This document shows positions 49,262 to 59,545 of a stretch of DNA of 64,000 nucleotides, piece after piece. Source of the DNA: an uncultured Actinomycetes bacterium. GTDB lineage: Bacteria > Actinomycetota > Actinomycetes > Nanopelagicales > Nanopelagicaceae. The stretch covers positions 2,159 through 66,158 of the forward strand of contig CAIJYZ010000093.1 in the NCBI GenBank assembly GCA_903825015.1, in the 5' to 3' direction. Position 1 is the stretch's first letter. Each line of letters begins with the position of its first letter. The notes under the pieces were generated by a model. That model saw only the letters and a list, made by a program, of their open reading frames with translations. It was not told where the DNA came from and ran no database searches. The translations under genes and the position numbers were made by a program.

Positions 49262-50385
49262 AACTTCTCCCATGCAAGTATCCCCCCGCGAAGATGACGC
49301 GAGTTGGTAAAGCCATTGTTTTGAATCACTTCAAGACATTGAGCAGATCTAACTCCAGAGCGACAGTGAAGGATAATCTCTTTATCGTGCGGCAGATGCG
49401 TAAGCGCGCTGTGATCCAAGAAAAAGCCTTTAGGAATGAGAATCGATCCTGGGATTCGAGAGATCTCATACTCTTCGCTTTCACGAACATCAACAAGTAT
49501 AAAATCATCCTTATTTTCGAGTTTCGTTCTCAATTCAAGGGCTGAAATTTCACCGGTAGAGCCGCAAAAAAACTCGTAGTCCTCAAGAAGTGATATCTGC
49601 GAAGGGTTGCTGCCGCAAATCGGACAGTCAGGGTTTTTTCGAACTTCAATTTTAGAGTATTCGGCATCAAGAGCATCGTAAATAATCAATTGACCAATTT
49701 GCACATCACCAATACCTGTTATCGCCTTTATCGCTTCATTAACCTGCATCGAAGCCACGGTTGCACACAAAACGCCAAGTACGCCAGCTTCGGAGCAGTT
49801 TTGAACCGTGCCCGGTGGTGGTGGGGTCGGATGGACACATCGATAACATGGGCCGTACTGACTCCAGAAGATTGCAACTTGTCCATCAAAGCGATTAACC
49901 GAGCCCCAAACATAAGGCTTGTTGAGCAAAACTGCCGCATCATTAATTAAGTATCTAGTTGCAAAATTATCCGTTGCATCAATGATGATGTCATATTCGG
50001 AAAAGATTTGTAGGCAATTGCTAGTTTCAAGTCGAAGCGGATAAATATTTACTTGAATGTAAGGATTTGTTTCAAAAAGCTTTTCCATTACGACGTCGAC
50101 TTTTAGTTTTCCAATATCTGATTGGCCAAAAAGGATTTGTCGGTGGAGGTTAGTTTCATCGACCGTATCGAAATCAACAACACCTAATGTTCCAACTCCG
50201 GCAGCAGCTAGGTAGAGCAGGGTGGGAGAACCTAAACCTCCAGCACCGATGCATAAAACCTTGGCGTTTTTTAAACTCTCTTGCCCCTTTCCTTCAAACT
50301 GTGGGATCACAATTTGACGGCTATAGCGACGTTCTTCTTCGCTACTTAGAGCTGGACCTGGTGGTACCAGGGGAGAAAGTTTCAT
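49258..50385 (-). CDS. moeB: MoeB/MoeZ adenylyltransferase-sulfurtransferase (ThiF + rhodanese)
   Basis: RYSRQ, GAGGLGS, NLHRQ, CYRC, CxxC, HCRSGVRS; start reassigned. Confidence 0.9.
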   Translation of the reverse strand: MKLSPLVPPGPALSSEEERRYSRQIVIPQFEGKGQESLKNAKVLCIGAGGLGSPTLLYLAAAGVGTLGVVDFDTVDETNLHRQILFGQSDIGKLKVDVVMEKLFETNPYIQVNIYPLRLETSNCLQIFSEYDIIIDATDNFATRYLINDAAVLLNKPYVWGSVNRFDGQVAIFWSQYGPCYRCVHPTPPPPGTVQNCSEAGVLGVLCATVASMQVNEAIKAITGIGDVQIGQLIIYDALDAEYSKIEVRKNPDCPICGSNPSQISLLEDYEFFCGSTGEISALELRTKLENKDDFILVDVRESEEYEISRIPGSILIPKGFFLDHSALTHLPHDKEIILHCRSGVRSAQCLEVIQNNGFTNSRHLRGGILAWEKL

Positions 50386-50467
50386 AGGTTGGCAATTCTG
50401 CCGTACTCCCGTTTGCGCTGCCACATCTATTAGCGAATAAGCCATATCTGCCTCTACGATTACGCCA

Positions 50468-51079
50468 ATGAGCAATCTAGATGCTTCAAATAAAGGGCGT
50501 TTGCCGCGCGACGAGCGTCGAGCGATTTTACTCTCGGCTGCTTTAGAGGTTTTCACCGCCGCTGGGTATCACTCTGCTGCGATGGATGAAATTGCAGATC
50601 GCGCAAATGTAAGTAAGCCGGTTTTATATCAGCACTTTCCATCAAAGCTAGATCTCTACTTGGCAGTTCTTGATTTACATATTGATTCACTTGTTTTTGA
50701 AATTCAAAAAGCGATTGCTTCTACCCCTGATAATGCCAACAGAGTGCATGCAACAGTTGATGCCTATTTTGCTTTTATAGAAAAAGAGGGTGAGGCCTTT
50801 AGATTACTTTTTGAAAGTGATATGAGCGTTGAACCTTCAGTTCGCGAACGACTTAATCGCATGACTTATGACTGCGCAGCTGCGGCAAGTGCAGTAATTT
50901 CAATTGATACCGGCCTTCCAAAAGAGGCATCGATGCTCTTAGGTGTTGGAATGATTGGGTACGCTCAAGTGACTGCACGTCATTGGTTAGATCGAGACAG
51001 TGCTTTGACCCGAGCACAGGCTGTTGAGTTGGTGAACAACCTCATGTGGAGAGGTATTTCGGGATTCCCGCGCAATTAA
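50468..51079 (+). CDS. TetR/AcrR family regulator
   Basis: GYHSAAMDEIADRANVSKPVLYQHF. Confidence 0.92.
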   Translation: MSNLDASNKGRLPRDERRAILLSAALEVFTAAGYHSAAMDEIADRANVSKPVLYQHFPSKLDLYLAVLDLHIDSLVFEIQKAIASTPDNANRVHATVDAYFAFIEKEGEAFRLLFESDMSVEPSVRERLNRMTYDCAAAASAVISIDTGLPKEASMLLGVGMIGYAQVTARHWLDRDSALTRAQAVELVNNLMWRGISGFPRN

Positions 51080-51098
51080 CTCCGATAGGATTAGCGGC

Positions 51099-51137
51099 AT
51101 GAGCACCATTAAACTTTTAATTTCTGGCGCCATTTAA
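51099..51137 (+). other. Putative leaderless upstream ORF (MSTIKLLISGAI)
   Basis: TAGGAT-7-ATG; stop lies 1 nt before the helicase GTG. Confidence 0.45.
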
Positions 51138-51138
51138 C

Positions 51139-52461
51139 GTGTCGAAAACTTTCGCAGAACTTCCCCTTCGCCCCGAGACCATTCAGGCTCTTCATGCCCA
51201 TGGTTTTATCGCACCATTTGCAATTCAAGAGATGGTTCTTCCCATTGCACTGGGTGATGGCGACGTCATTGGCCAAGCAAAGACTGGAACAGGAAAGACT
51301 TTAGCTTTTGGTGTTCCCGTTATCGAAAGGGTTATTGCACCAAATGATGCCGAATGGGATGCTTTTGAACATAAAGGAATGCCGCAAGTATTAATCGTTG
51401 TTCCAACACGCGAACTTTGTACGCAGGTAACAAGAGATATTGAAGAGTTAGCAAGTAACCGTGGAATCCGTACGTTGGCGGTTTATGGTGGGCGAGCATT
51501 TGAACCACAGATTGAGGCGTTACAAGCTGGTATCGAAATTGTTGTGGGAACCCCAGGCCGTTTATTAGATCTATCGCGCCAAGGGCAGTTACGTTTAAAA
51601 CAAGTATCACGCCTAGTTTTGGATGAAGCCGATGAAATGCTGGATCTTGGCTTTTTGCCAGATGTTGAAAAGATTCTAGCGAATACACCAAATCGCATGC
51701 AGACCATGCTTTTTTCAGCCACTATGCCGGGCGACATCATCGCTCTTGCGCGACGATTTATGAATCAACCAATTCATATTCGTACTCAGGATTCAGAAGA
51801 TGAAGGTGCGGTCGTAACTCGCATTAAGCAGCACGTCTTGCGTGCCCATGCAATGGATAAAATCGAAATGCTTGCACGAATCCTTCAAGCCGACGGTCGT
51901 GGTCCAACGATGGTTTTTTGCCGCACTAAGCGAACATGTCAAAAGACTGCTGAAGATCTCATTGAGCGCGGCTTTAAAGCTGCGCCAATTCATGGAGATT
52001 TAGGACAGAGCGCACGCGAAAAAGCTCTCAGTGATTTTAAAGCTGGTAAATCTGATGTCTTAGTTGCAACCGATGTTGCTGCTCGTGGAATCGATATCGA
52101 TGGGATAACGCACGTCATCAACTATCAATGTCCAGAAGATGAAAAAACTTATGTTCACCGCATCGGCCGTACTGCACGTGCAGGTGCATACGGAATCGCA
52201 GTAACTTTTGTTGACTGGGATGAGTTAGCTAGATGGAAAATGATTAATCAAACTCTTGATTTAGGTTTGGCAGAGCCTGAGGAAACTTACTCATCTTCAC
52301 CGCACCTCTATGAAGTCTTAGATATTCCATCAGGTTCAACTGGGCGCATCACCAAGAGCAGACCAGTTATTGAGAAGAAAACTGTTGAGAAGAAAACTGT
52401 TGAAGCTAAGCCAAGAGTTGAGCGCACTCGCACCCGTACTAAAAAGTTTAAAGAGAGTTAA
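51139..52461 (+). CDS. DEAD-box RNA helicase
   Basis: AKTGTGKT, PTREL, DEAD, SAT, ARGID, HRIGRTAR. Confidence 0.96.
   Translation: MSKTFAELPLRPETIQALHAHGFIAPFAIQEMVLPIALGDGDVIGQAKTGTGKTLAFGVPVIERVIAPNDAEWDAFEHKGMPQVLIVVPTRELCTQVTRDIEELASNRGIRTLAVYGGRAFEPQIEALQAGIEIVVGTPGRLLDLSRQGQLRLKQVSRLVLDEADEMLDLGFLPDVEKILANTPNRMQTMLFSATMPGDIIALARRFMNQPIHIRTQDSEDEGAVVTRIKQHVLRAHAMDKIEMLARILQADGRGPTMVFCRTKRTCQKTAEDLIERGFKAAPIHGDLGQSAREKALSDFKAGKSDVLVATDVAARGIDIDGITHVINYQCPEDEKTYVHRIGRTARAGAYGIAVTFVDWDELARWKMINQTLDLGLAEPEETYSSSPHLYEVLDIPSGSTGRITKSRPVIEKKTVEKKTVEAKPRVERTRTRTKKFKES
52370..52403 (+). repeat. In-frame 15-bp tandem duplication in the helicase basic tail
   Basis: TTGAGAAGAAAACTG x2 (EKKTV x2). 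Confidence 0.8.
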
Positions 52462-53069
52462 TTAGCAACGAATACGCGAACTGCATCAACAAGCATTTGT
52501 ACGGCGATTGCAGCAAGCAATAAACCAGCGATTCGAGCAACTAATGTAACGCCGGCTTCTTTTATCACCTTCATGATTGTTGTAGATGCCATTAACGCTG
52601 CCGCGATTGCTAAATGGACAGCAATTACCGCACCTACAAGTCCGAGCGCCATTGCTGGACCTTTAACTTGTTGAACGAAAATCATTGTCGCAACGATTGC
52701 ACCTGGGCCTGCTAGAAGAGGGGTACCCAATGGAACGAGTGCAATATTGGCATTTTCGCTTTCACCTCGACCACTTCCTTTCCCACCGGTCAAGAGATCT
52801 AGTGAAATCAAAAGGAGCAATAAAGCACCAGCGGCCTGCATCGCAGCGATTGAAACATTGAGATAGCTGAGAATGAAACGTCCGAATAAAGCAAAAATTG
52901 AAATCACAAGGAAAGAAACACCCGCGGCCTTCACAGCAAGCACTCTTCGCTCTTTGGCAGTTTTGTCGGCAACTAAAGCCAAGAATATTGGAGTTGCTCC
53001 AGGTGGATCCATGATTACAAACAACGTAACAAATGTTTGAACGGCAAAAGTTAAAGCGCTGACCTTCAT
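52458..53069 (-). CDS. MarC family membrane protein
   Basis: LFVIMDPPG, PLGTPLLAGPGAI, GLLLAAIAVQM. Confidence 0.92.
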   Translation of the reverse strand: MKVSALTFAVQTFVTLFVIMDPPGATPIFLALVADKTAKERRVLAVKAAGVSFLVISIFALFGRFILSYLNVSIAAMQAAGALLLLLISLDLLTGGKGSGRGESENANIALVPLGTPLLAGPGAIVATMIFVQQVKGPAMALGLVGAVIAVHLAIAAALMASTTIMKVIKEAGVTLVARIAGLLLAAIAVQMLVDAVRVFVAN

Positions 53070-53911
53070 GCCCGCACAACCCTTCGTTTATCTGCCAATG
53101 ACTCCAGTTTTTCCCATTCCAAAGGACTGGTCTGAAACTCTGCTAATAAATTAAGTTTACCGCTTCCGTGATAGTCGCTAGCTCCAGTTACTACTAGGTC
53201 TAATTCGGCGGCAATTTGTCGCAACATCGCTCTTTCGTCAGGGTTTTGATCACGGTGGTCAACTTCTATGCCATTTAGACCTGCTGCAACTAATTCATGA
53301 AAATCGCTTGCTTGAAGAATCTGTCCGCGGTGGGATGCAAAAGGGTGCGCAATAACTGCCACACCTCCAGCACTTCGTATCATGCGGATGGCATCGCTCG
53401 GAGTTGGTGCAGCATGTGAAACATAAAATTCAGAGTCATTGTTGAGCATTCCTTGAAAGGCTTCATCACGAGAAGCAATGATGCCTTTATTTACTAAAGC
53501 ATCGGCTAAATGTGGCCTTCCTAAAGTTGCACCTTCTGGTCTGGCCGCTTCGACATCATCCATAGAGATATCTATCCCTGAGGCTTTCATCTTCTCAATC
53601 ATTTTTCGCATACGTGGCAGGCGCCCATCACGTGTTTCTTCGAGCATTACTTGCATCTGCTCATGCTCACCATCAAAGAGAAGCCCCAGCATATGAACGC
53701 TGATTCCATCCTGCGTAAGGCAAGATATTTCACTTCCAAGAACAAGAGCTAAATCTCCACGTAATGTCTGTGACGCTTCTTTCCAACTTGAAGTCGTGTC
53801 ATGGTCAGATATTGCAAGCACTGTTAAACCTTGGGCAATCGCTTTATTAACTAATTCGCGTGGACTATCTGTTCCATCGCTTTTATTGGTGTGTGTATGT
53901 AAATCAATCAT
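53066..53911 (-). CDS. PHP-domain metal phosphoesterase (TrpH/YciV-like)
   Basis: DLHTH..SDG, SDHD, GRPH, AHP, GASDYHG. Confidence 0.92.
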   Translation of the reverse strand: MIDLHTHTNKSDGTDSPRELVNKAIAQGLTVLAISDHDTTSSWKEASQTLRGDLALVLGSEISCLTQDGISVHMLGLLFDGEHEQMQVMLEETRDGRLPRMRKMIEKMKASGIDISMDDVEAARPEGATLGRPHLADALVNKGIIASRDEAFQGMLNNDSEFYVSHAAPTPSDAIRMIRSAGGVAVIAHPFASHRGQILQASDFHELVAAGLNGIEVDHRDQNPDERAMLRQIAAELDLVVTGASDYHGSGKLNLLAEFQTSPLEWEKLESLADKRRVVRA

Positions 53912-54813
53912 GGTGCTAAATCCACCGTTGCAGTTCTAGAACGTGTAACTACTAAAACGCAACCAATTAAAATAAGAGCAATCCCCGGAAGAATTCCAAG
54001 AGGTGGAGTCTGTCCTAACCACCAGATTGCAAGGAGTGAACTAACTGGAACTTCGAAAAATATAATGAGCGAGACAATTGCCGGTGAAACTCGCTTAAGA
54101 GCTGCATTAAACATTGAATGACCCAGAATCTGTGCACCAAAGACCAGACCCAACAAGATCCACCACTCTCGAGCAGAGAAATGAAGCACCGGGAAGCCCA
54201 TTACTAATGCCATAGGCAATGCAGTTATCGCACAGACAAAATAACAAACGCTCGTGTACACAGTCGTCTCAACTGTTCGCTGAGATTTTGAACCAGCCAT
54301 CATGTACAAAGCGGCAAGGGCTGCCGAAATCAACGCAGCAAGGTCACCAAAGAATGAGCGGAGTGAGATGTGCAAATCAATTCCAGAAATTAAGAGGACA
54401 CCAGCAAAACTTACAATCATTCCAAGCCAGGCTTTAGAAGGAATGTGCCCACCGCTGATCTTTACGAAAATAGAGGCAAAAATTGGTTGAAGCGCAACAA
54501 GTGCAGTACCTGCAGCAACACTTGTCCACCTCATCGCTAAAAAGAAACCCACAAAATGAAGTGCCAAAACAAAACCCGCTAGCACTGCCCATTTAATTCC
54601 CTCGCGGTGGCGCGGATGTTTTAGGGCAAAGGGAAGAGTTAATAACGAACCGCCAAGATTTCGCCAAAAAATCAATGTCGGGATTGGCATTGCACTCATG
54701 GCAATAAGTGGTCCAGAAGTTCCAATTCCCAAAATTCCAACACCTAATCGGATCAGATCGGGTCTAGCTGGAATCGCGGTATGGCTATCGCGCGAATCTC
54801 CTTGGGCTTTCAA
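53908..54813 (-). CDS. DMT/EamA family transporter
   Basis: About 10 TM helices in two EamA repeats, LHF..TSVA, GHS.FN. Confidence 0.88.
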   Translation of the reverse strand: MKAQGDSRDSHTAIPARPDLIRLGVGILGIGTSGPLIAMSAMPIPTLIFWRNLGGSLLTLPFALKHPRHREGIKWAVLAGFVLALHFVGFFLAMRWTSVAAGTALVALQPIFASIFVKISGGHIPSKAWLGMIVSFAGVLLISGIDLHISLRSFFGDLAALISAALAALYMMAGSKSQRTVETTVYTSVCYFVCAITALPMALVMGFPVLHFSAREWWILLGLVFGAQILGHSMFNAALKRVSPAIVSLIIFFEVPVSSLLAIWWLGQTPPLGILPGIALILIGCVLVVTRSRTATVDLAP

Positions 54814-55940
54814 TTGCTCTCCGGTGAAATCCCCAAGCGCACACCTAGAAGAGATTTGCTTCGCTTGACCAATTTTTCAGCGATCTCTGAAATTGCGCTG
54901 GCGGTTTGCGATTGTGGTGCAGCTTCAACAATTGGAACGCCTTCATCTCCACCAGTTCGAAGGGCGGGGTTAAATGCAATCTTGCCAAGTAATGGGACAT
55001 CGCTTCCAACAAGGGCTGAGAGTCGTTTAGAAGTTTCTTCTCCCCCACCACTTCCAAAGAGTGAAATCTTTTCATCGCATGTTGGGCAAGGAAACTCAGA
55101 CATATTTTCAACTACACCGATAACGCGTTGATGGATCTGGTGAGCGATTCTGCCAGCACGTTCGGCAACTTCTGCGGCAGCAACTTGAGGAGTAGTGACA
55201 ACAACGATTTCAGAGTTAGGAATTAGTTGACCCAGTGAGATTGCTAAATCTCCTGTGCCAGGTGGCAAATCGATAAGCAAAACATCTAAATCTCCCCAAT
55301 AAGCATCTGAGAGCAACTGTTCAAGCACGCGGTGCAATAGCGGACCGCGATATGCCACTGGATCAGAGCGTTCGGGCTTAAACATCTCCATAGATACAAC
55401 TTTTACGCCAAAAGCCTCTAGCGGAATAAAGAGCTGGTCAATAGCGGTTGGGCGTTGGCCCATTAACCCCATCAAACGTGGGATTGAGTGGCCGTAAACA
55501 TCGGCATCCAAAATTCCTACGCGTAATCCTTTTTTTGCAAATGCAACTGCAAGATTCGCGGTAACTGAGGACTTACCCACTCCACCTTTACCTGATGCGA
55601 TTCCAATAACTCGGGTAAGAGATTCTGGTTGAGCAAATGGAATTGTTTTTTCACGACCACCGCGTACAACTTTTTTCACGTGATCTCGTTGATCTTGATT
55701 CATTGTTCCAAAAATTAAATCAACACTTTTCGTACCTTCAACATTTGAGAGAGCTGTTGTAATGTCAGAGCGCAGGCGATCTTGCATAGGGCATCCAGAG
55801 ATTGTTAATAAAACCTTAACCGTGACAGCGCCATTTTCTTCATCGAGATCTTCGACCATACCAAGATCAGTTATTGATCTGTGGAGTTCAGGATCCTGAA
55901 CAGTTGAAAGTGCATCAGCAAGACGGTCTAGAAGGCTCAT
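54810..55940 (-). CDS. mrp: Mrp/NBP35 Fe-S carrier ATPase
   Basis: DPEL, GCP, GKGGVGKS, DLPPGTGD, ENMS..CPTC. Confidence 0.95.
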   Translation of the reverse strand: MSLLDRLADALSTVQDPELHRSITDLGMVEDLDEENGAVTVKVLLTISGCPMQDRLRSDITTALSNVEGTKSVDLIFGTMNQDQRDHVKKVVRGGREKTIPFAQPESLTRVIGIASGKGGVGKSSVTANLAVAFAKKGLRVGILDADVYGHSIPRLMGLMGQRPTAIDQLFIPLEAFGVKVVSMEMFKPERSDPVAYRGPLLHRVLEQLLSDAYWGDLDVLLIDLPPGTGDLAISLGQLIPNSEIVVVTTPQVAAAEVAERAGRIAHQIHQRVIGVVENMSEFPCPTCDEKISLFGSGGGEETSKRLSALVGSDVPLLGKIAFNPALRTGGDEGVPIVEAAPQSQTASAISEIAEKLVKRSKSLLGVRLGISPESN

Positions 55941-56242
55941 ATAAGTTCTGGGTCAATCTTTGCTGCCGGACGCGCAGGCTTTGCAGTTGGAGTGTCATCA
56001 AGGAGTTCGCCTAGCTGCTTTTTTACAAAGGTCTTGGGATGCAAATCCGCCGGTTGAAGGTTTTCAAAACCAGGTCCTAGATTTTCGCGCAGTTCAGCTG
56101 TTGCAGTTTGTGAGAGGGCGCGAATCTTCTTTACCCACTGCGCAGCTTCGGCAGCAGCCTTAGGCAAGCGCTCTGGCCCTAGCAAAATCATCCCTAATAT
56201 GGCTAGGCCCAAGATTTCTCCCGCGCCGATATCAAAGAACAT
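55937..56242 (-). CDS. tatB: Twin-arginine translocase subunit TatB
   Basis: MFFDIG..E..LGPERLP, LHPKTFV. Confidence 0.88.
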   Translation of the reverse strand: MFFDIGAGEILGLAILGMILLGPERLPKAAAEAAQWVKKIRALSQTATAELRENLGPGFENLQPADLHPKTFVKKQLGELLDDTPTAKPARPAAKIDPELI

Positions 56243-56269
56243 AGCGCAAGCCTACCTTTAAACCCTAGG

Positions 56270-57391
56270 TTAATTCTTGCCGGCAACTAAGGTCAGAGTG
56301 ACTGTAACTTCCTTACTATTGCGGTAATAAATAAGAGTGACCTTATCGCCAACGTTTTTGGCGCGAATATCCACGATTAACTCCGCAGCAGTATTAATAA
56401 CCTTGCCTTCAAAATTGATAATCACGTCTCCGGCTTTTAGCCCAGCTTTAGCCGCTGGCCCGCCAGCCAAAATCGCAGAGCTGGAGTTGGCAACTTGAGC
56501 TCCAATGCCGGTGAAATTCATATCAAGTGAAACACCAAGAACGGGATAAGTAGCTTTACCAGATTTGATTAATTGATCAGCGGTTTTACGGGCTTGGTTA
56601 ATCGGAATTGCAAAGCCTAGTCCGATTGAGCCAGTTTGAGATGTTGAGCCAAGAGATGCGATTGCAGAGTTGACTCCGATTACAGCTCCGGTTGCATCAA
56701 CTAATGGCCCGCCAGAGTTTCCTGGATTAATTGCTGCATCAGTCTGCAATGCATTAATAAATGAGCTCTCAGAAGCCGATTGCCCCGCCGTTACCGGACG
56801 ATCTTTTGCGCTAATAATTCCAAGAGTCACCGTGCCCGAAAGACCGAGAGGTGATCCAATTGCAATAACTGAATCGCCGACTGCGACTTTATCGCTGTCG
56901 CCAAATTGCAGCGCTGGCAGATTTGTTGCTGAAATCTTTACTATCGCTAAATCATATGATGAATCTCGTCCCACAATAGTTCCATCATAAACATCGCCAT
57001 TATTTAAAGTCACTCGTAGCGTGCCATTTCCATCTGCTACATCTGCAATAACGTGGTTGTTTGTCAAAATATAACCATTGCTATCAAACACAAATCCGGA
57101 ACCAGTTCCTCCGCCATTTGCAGTGCGAGTATCAATAGAAACTACTGATGGTAAAACGCGTTGTGCAATACCCGCTACAGAATCTGGTGCCCGCTCTATT
57201 GTGCTTGAAGAGTTAACAATATTGGCACCGCTAAAGAGTGAACCACCGGTTGCGGTAACGCCTAGAAAACCACCTAAGCAACTAGCTAATAGCGCGGTCA
57301 CAAAAATTTTGCTGCGTGAGCTTTTGGCAGGAATATTTGTTTCCCACCATGGACGTACGGTCTCGACAGCTTTGTTTCTAGGAAAAATCAT
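56270..57391 (-). CDS. htrA: HtrA-family serine protease with PDZ domain
   Basis: TNNHV, DLA, QTDAAINPGNSGG, C-terminal PDZ. Confidence 0.93.
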   Translation of the reverse strand: MIFPRNKAVETVRPWWETNIPAKSSRSKIFVTALLASCLGGFLGVTATGGSLFSGANIVNSSSTIERAPDSVAGIAQRVLPSVVSIDTRTANGGGTGSGFVFDSNGYILTNNHVIADVADGNGTLRVTLNNGDVYDGTIVGRDSSYDLAIVKISATNLPALQFGDSDKVAVGDSVIAIGSPLGLSGTVTLGIISAKDRPVTAGQSASESSFINALQTDAAINPGNSGGPLVDATGAVIGVNSAIASLGSTSQTGSIGLGFAIPINQARKTADQLIKSGKATYPVLGVSLDMNFTGIGAQVANSSSAILAGGPAAKAGLKAGDVIINFEGKVINTAAELIVDIRAKNVGDKVTLIYYRNSKEVTVTLTLVAGKN

Positions 57392-57403
57392 GTTCTTATC
57401 TTG

Positions 57404-58030
57404 CTACAACTTTGTTGCAACTAACAATCCATCCCCGGCCGGAATCAGGGTACTCACCCAATGTTCTGTGTCATTCTTAATGATTTTCCCAGCATCACGA
57501 AGGGCAACGGTTTTTGGGTCTCTTTGGGCCGGGTCATTTACCTTTGATCCACCAAAGAAATTATCAATTACCAAGGCGCCACCGCTGCGTAATATTCGAT
57601 GGGCTTCGCCTATGACGAAGGCAAGATCTTCTGGATTGTGGCGCAGTACGACCAGGTCGTACGCCTTGTCGGTGAGTTTAGAAATTACATTTAATACTGA
57701 GTTAGTAATCAATCGATATCGGCTTGCAGCAATATCGGCATCAGCAAATGCCAACTTTGCAATTTGGGTGTGCTCCATCTCATCATCAATTGAAGTCAGC
57801 GTCCCACTTTCAATAATTCCATCAAGAAGCCAGAGGCTTCCAACACCTGAACCTGTTCCAACTTCTACAACTGATTGTGCTGAAAGAGTGAATGCTAAGT
57901 GGCGTAGATAGGCACCAACGCCTGGCGTGACATCAATCGTTCCAAACTCAACGCCTCTGACTCGTGCCTGAGACTTAAAATGATCTTCAACGATAAAACT
58001 TTCGGCGTAACCGTGAGGGTCGGTTTTCAT
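57404..58030 (-). CDS. O-methyltransferase (Rv1220c-like)
   Basis: VEVGTGSGVG, LTSID, GDGLL; ATGA overlap with pepA. Confidence 0.85.
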   Translation of the reverse strand: MKTDPHGYAESFIVEDHFKSQARVRGVEFGTIDVTPGVGAYLRHLAFTLSAQSVVEVGTGSGVGSLWLLDGIIESGTLTSIDDEMEHTQIAKLAFADADIAASRYRLITNSVLNVISKLTDKAYDLVVLRHNPEDLAFVIGEAHRILRSGGALVIDNFFGGSKVNDPAQRDPKTVALRDAGKIIKNDTEHWVSTLIPAGDGLLVATKL

Positions 58031-59517
58031 TTTAGATTCATAATCCACTGAATTAAAAGACGAACTCCAAAACCAGTTCCACCTTTAGGATTTTCCCCTG
58101 CATCAGTCTCGCTGCGAGCAGTGCCTGCAATATCTAGGTGCGCCCACTTTCGATTACCCGCAAAGTGTTCTAGAAATAAAGCGGCAGTAACTGATCCAGC
58201 CGAATACTTGGCTTTCTTGGCCAGGTGATTGAAATCTGCGATGTCACTTGCGAGTGCATCTTTATAATCGTCAATCAACGGCATGTGCCAAACGCGATCG
58301 CCCGAGTCATTGCCAGCTTTTTCTAAATCACGAGCCAGTTTTTCATCTCGTGTATACATTGCCGCATATTGCTTTCCTAGGCCAAGTGTCGCAGCACCCG
58401 TTAGCGTTGCAATATCAATTAAATAATCGGGATCAAGATTCTTATCTGCATATGCAAGACCATCGGCAAGTACTAATCGTCCTTCAGCATCTGTATCAAT
58501 AATTTCTACTGTGGTTCCGCCATATTGAGTAATAACATCGCTAGGGCGTTGCGCAGTACCGGAGAAGGCATTTTCCGCACACATCATTAAGGCTGTGACT
58601 CGTACATTTGGTTGCAGTTCTTCAAGGGCGCCCAGAGTTGCAAGAATTGCTGCAGCTCCGGCCATATCGCTTTTCATTGGAATCATGTTGTCATATGGAC
58701 GCTTCAAATTAATTCCACCAGTATCAAAGGTGATTCCCTTTCCAACCAGAACCACATGAGGAAGTGCTCTGTGTATTCCTTTTTTATTGGCGGGTGCATA
58801 CGAGACCTCAATGAATCGAGGACCAGGATTTGGAGACGAGAAACCAACTGCCCGAAGGCCACCGAACTCTTTTAGCTCTTTACCTGCTAATACATTTACC
58901 TTTAATCCTGTGCCTTTAGCGAATTCTTGAGCCTTAGTAGCCATCCACGCAGGAGTCTTAATATTAGAAGGCGTATGAACCAAATCACGAGCGCGCGTAA
59001 TCGCTTTCGCAGTAGAGAGAGCAGCATTTATTAACTCCTTGTCATTTGTTGCAACCAAGAATGTAGGAACTCCAGCAGGTTCGCCGGTCTTTAGATTCCA
59101 AAGATAGGCACCGAGAGTCAATGCAATTGCGTGCGCTTTAATATCTTCTTTAGTGATCGCACACGCACTAAAAACAATCGTATTTTTCCCTCTAACTTTT
59201 CGTGCAATAGATGTTGCAGCGATTCTCATAGATGCAGTGGAACTATCTCCCAGACCGATTAAAAAAAGCCGATCGGTTAAAGATCCTTGAGCGCTAATAG
59301 GAATTTCAAATAATTCGCCGGCTTTACCGGAAGGTGCAAAAAATGAAAGTTCATCGTCAAGTTCTACTTCGTAATACTTTTCAATATCTTTAATTAATGA
59401 AGCTGGAGCAAAAAATGAAAAACCTGAATCCTTATTTTTCGTGAATCCAATGGCGATTGAATTCGCTGTCTTTGCAACAGCCAAATCTGCTTTTGCGCCT
59501 TTTAGGATCCATGACAT
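58027..59517 (-). CDS. pepA: Leucyl aminopeptidase (M17)
   Basis: VGKGITFDTGG, MKSDMAG, TDAEGRL, ATLTGA, HLDIAG. Confidence 0.93.
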   Translation of the reverse strand: MSWILKGAKADLAVAKTANSIAIGFTKNKDSGFSFFAPASLIKDIEKYYEVELDDELSFFAPSGKAGELFEIPISAQGSLTDRLFLIGLGDSSTASMRIAATSIARKVRGKNTIVFSACAITKEDIKAHAIALTLGAYLWNLKTGEPAGVPTFLVATNDKELINAALSTAKAITRARDLVHTPSNIKTPAWMATKAQEFAKGTGLKVNVLAGKELKEFGGLRAVGFSSPNPGPRFIEVSYAPANKKGIHRALPHVVLVGKGITFDTGGINLKRPYDNMIPMKSDMAGAAAILATLGALEELQPNVRVTALMMCAENAFSGTAQRPSDVITQYGGTTVEIIDTDAEGRLVLADGLAYADKNLDPDYLIDIATLTGAATLGLGKQYAAMYTRDEKLARDLEKAGNDSGDRVWHMPLIDDYKDALASDIADFNHLAKKAKYSAGSVTAALFLEHFAGNRKWAHLDIAGTARSETDAGENPKGGTGFGVRLLIQWIMNLK

Positions 59518-59545
59518 GCGATGAAGGTTATCGCCTACTAGTGAA

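Noticed and set aside
52370-52403. Tandem repeat as phase-variation or CRISPR element
   Set aside because: Only two in-frame copies, in a disordered basic tail
57078-57911. 277-aa plus-strand ORF and the many other antisense track ORFs
   Set aside because: Antisense shadows of well-supported genes, with no motifs or start signals
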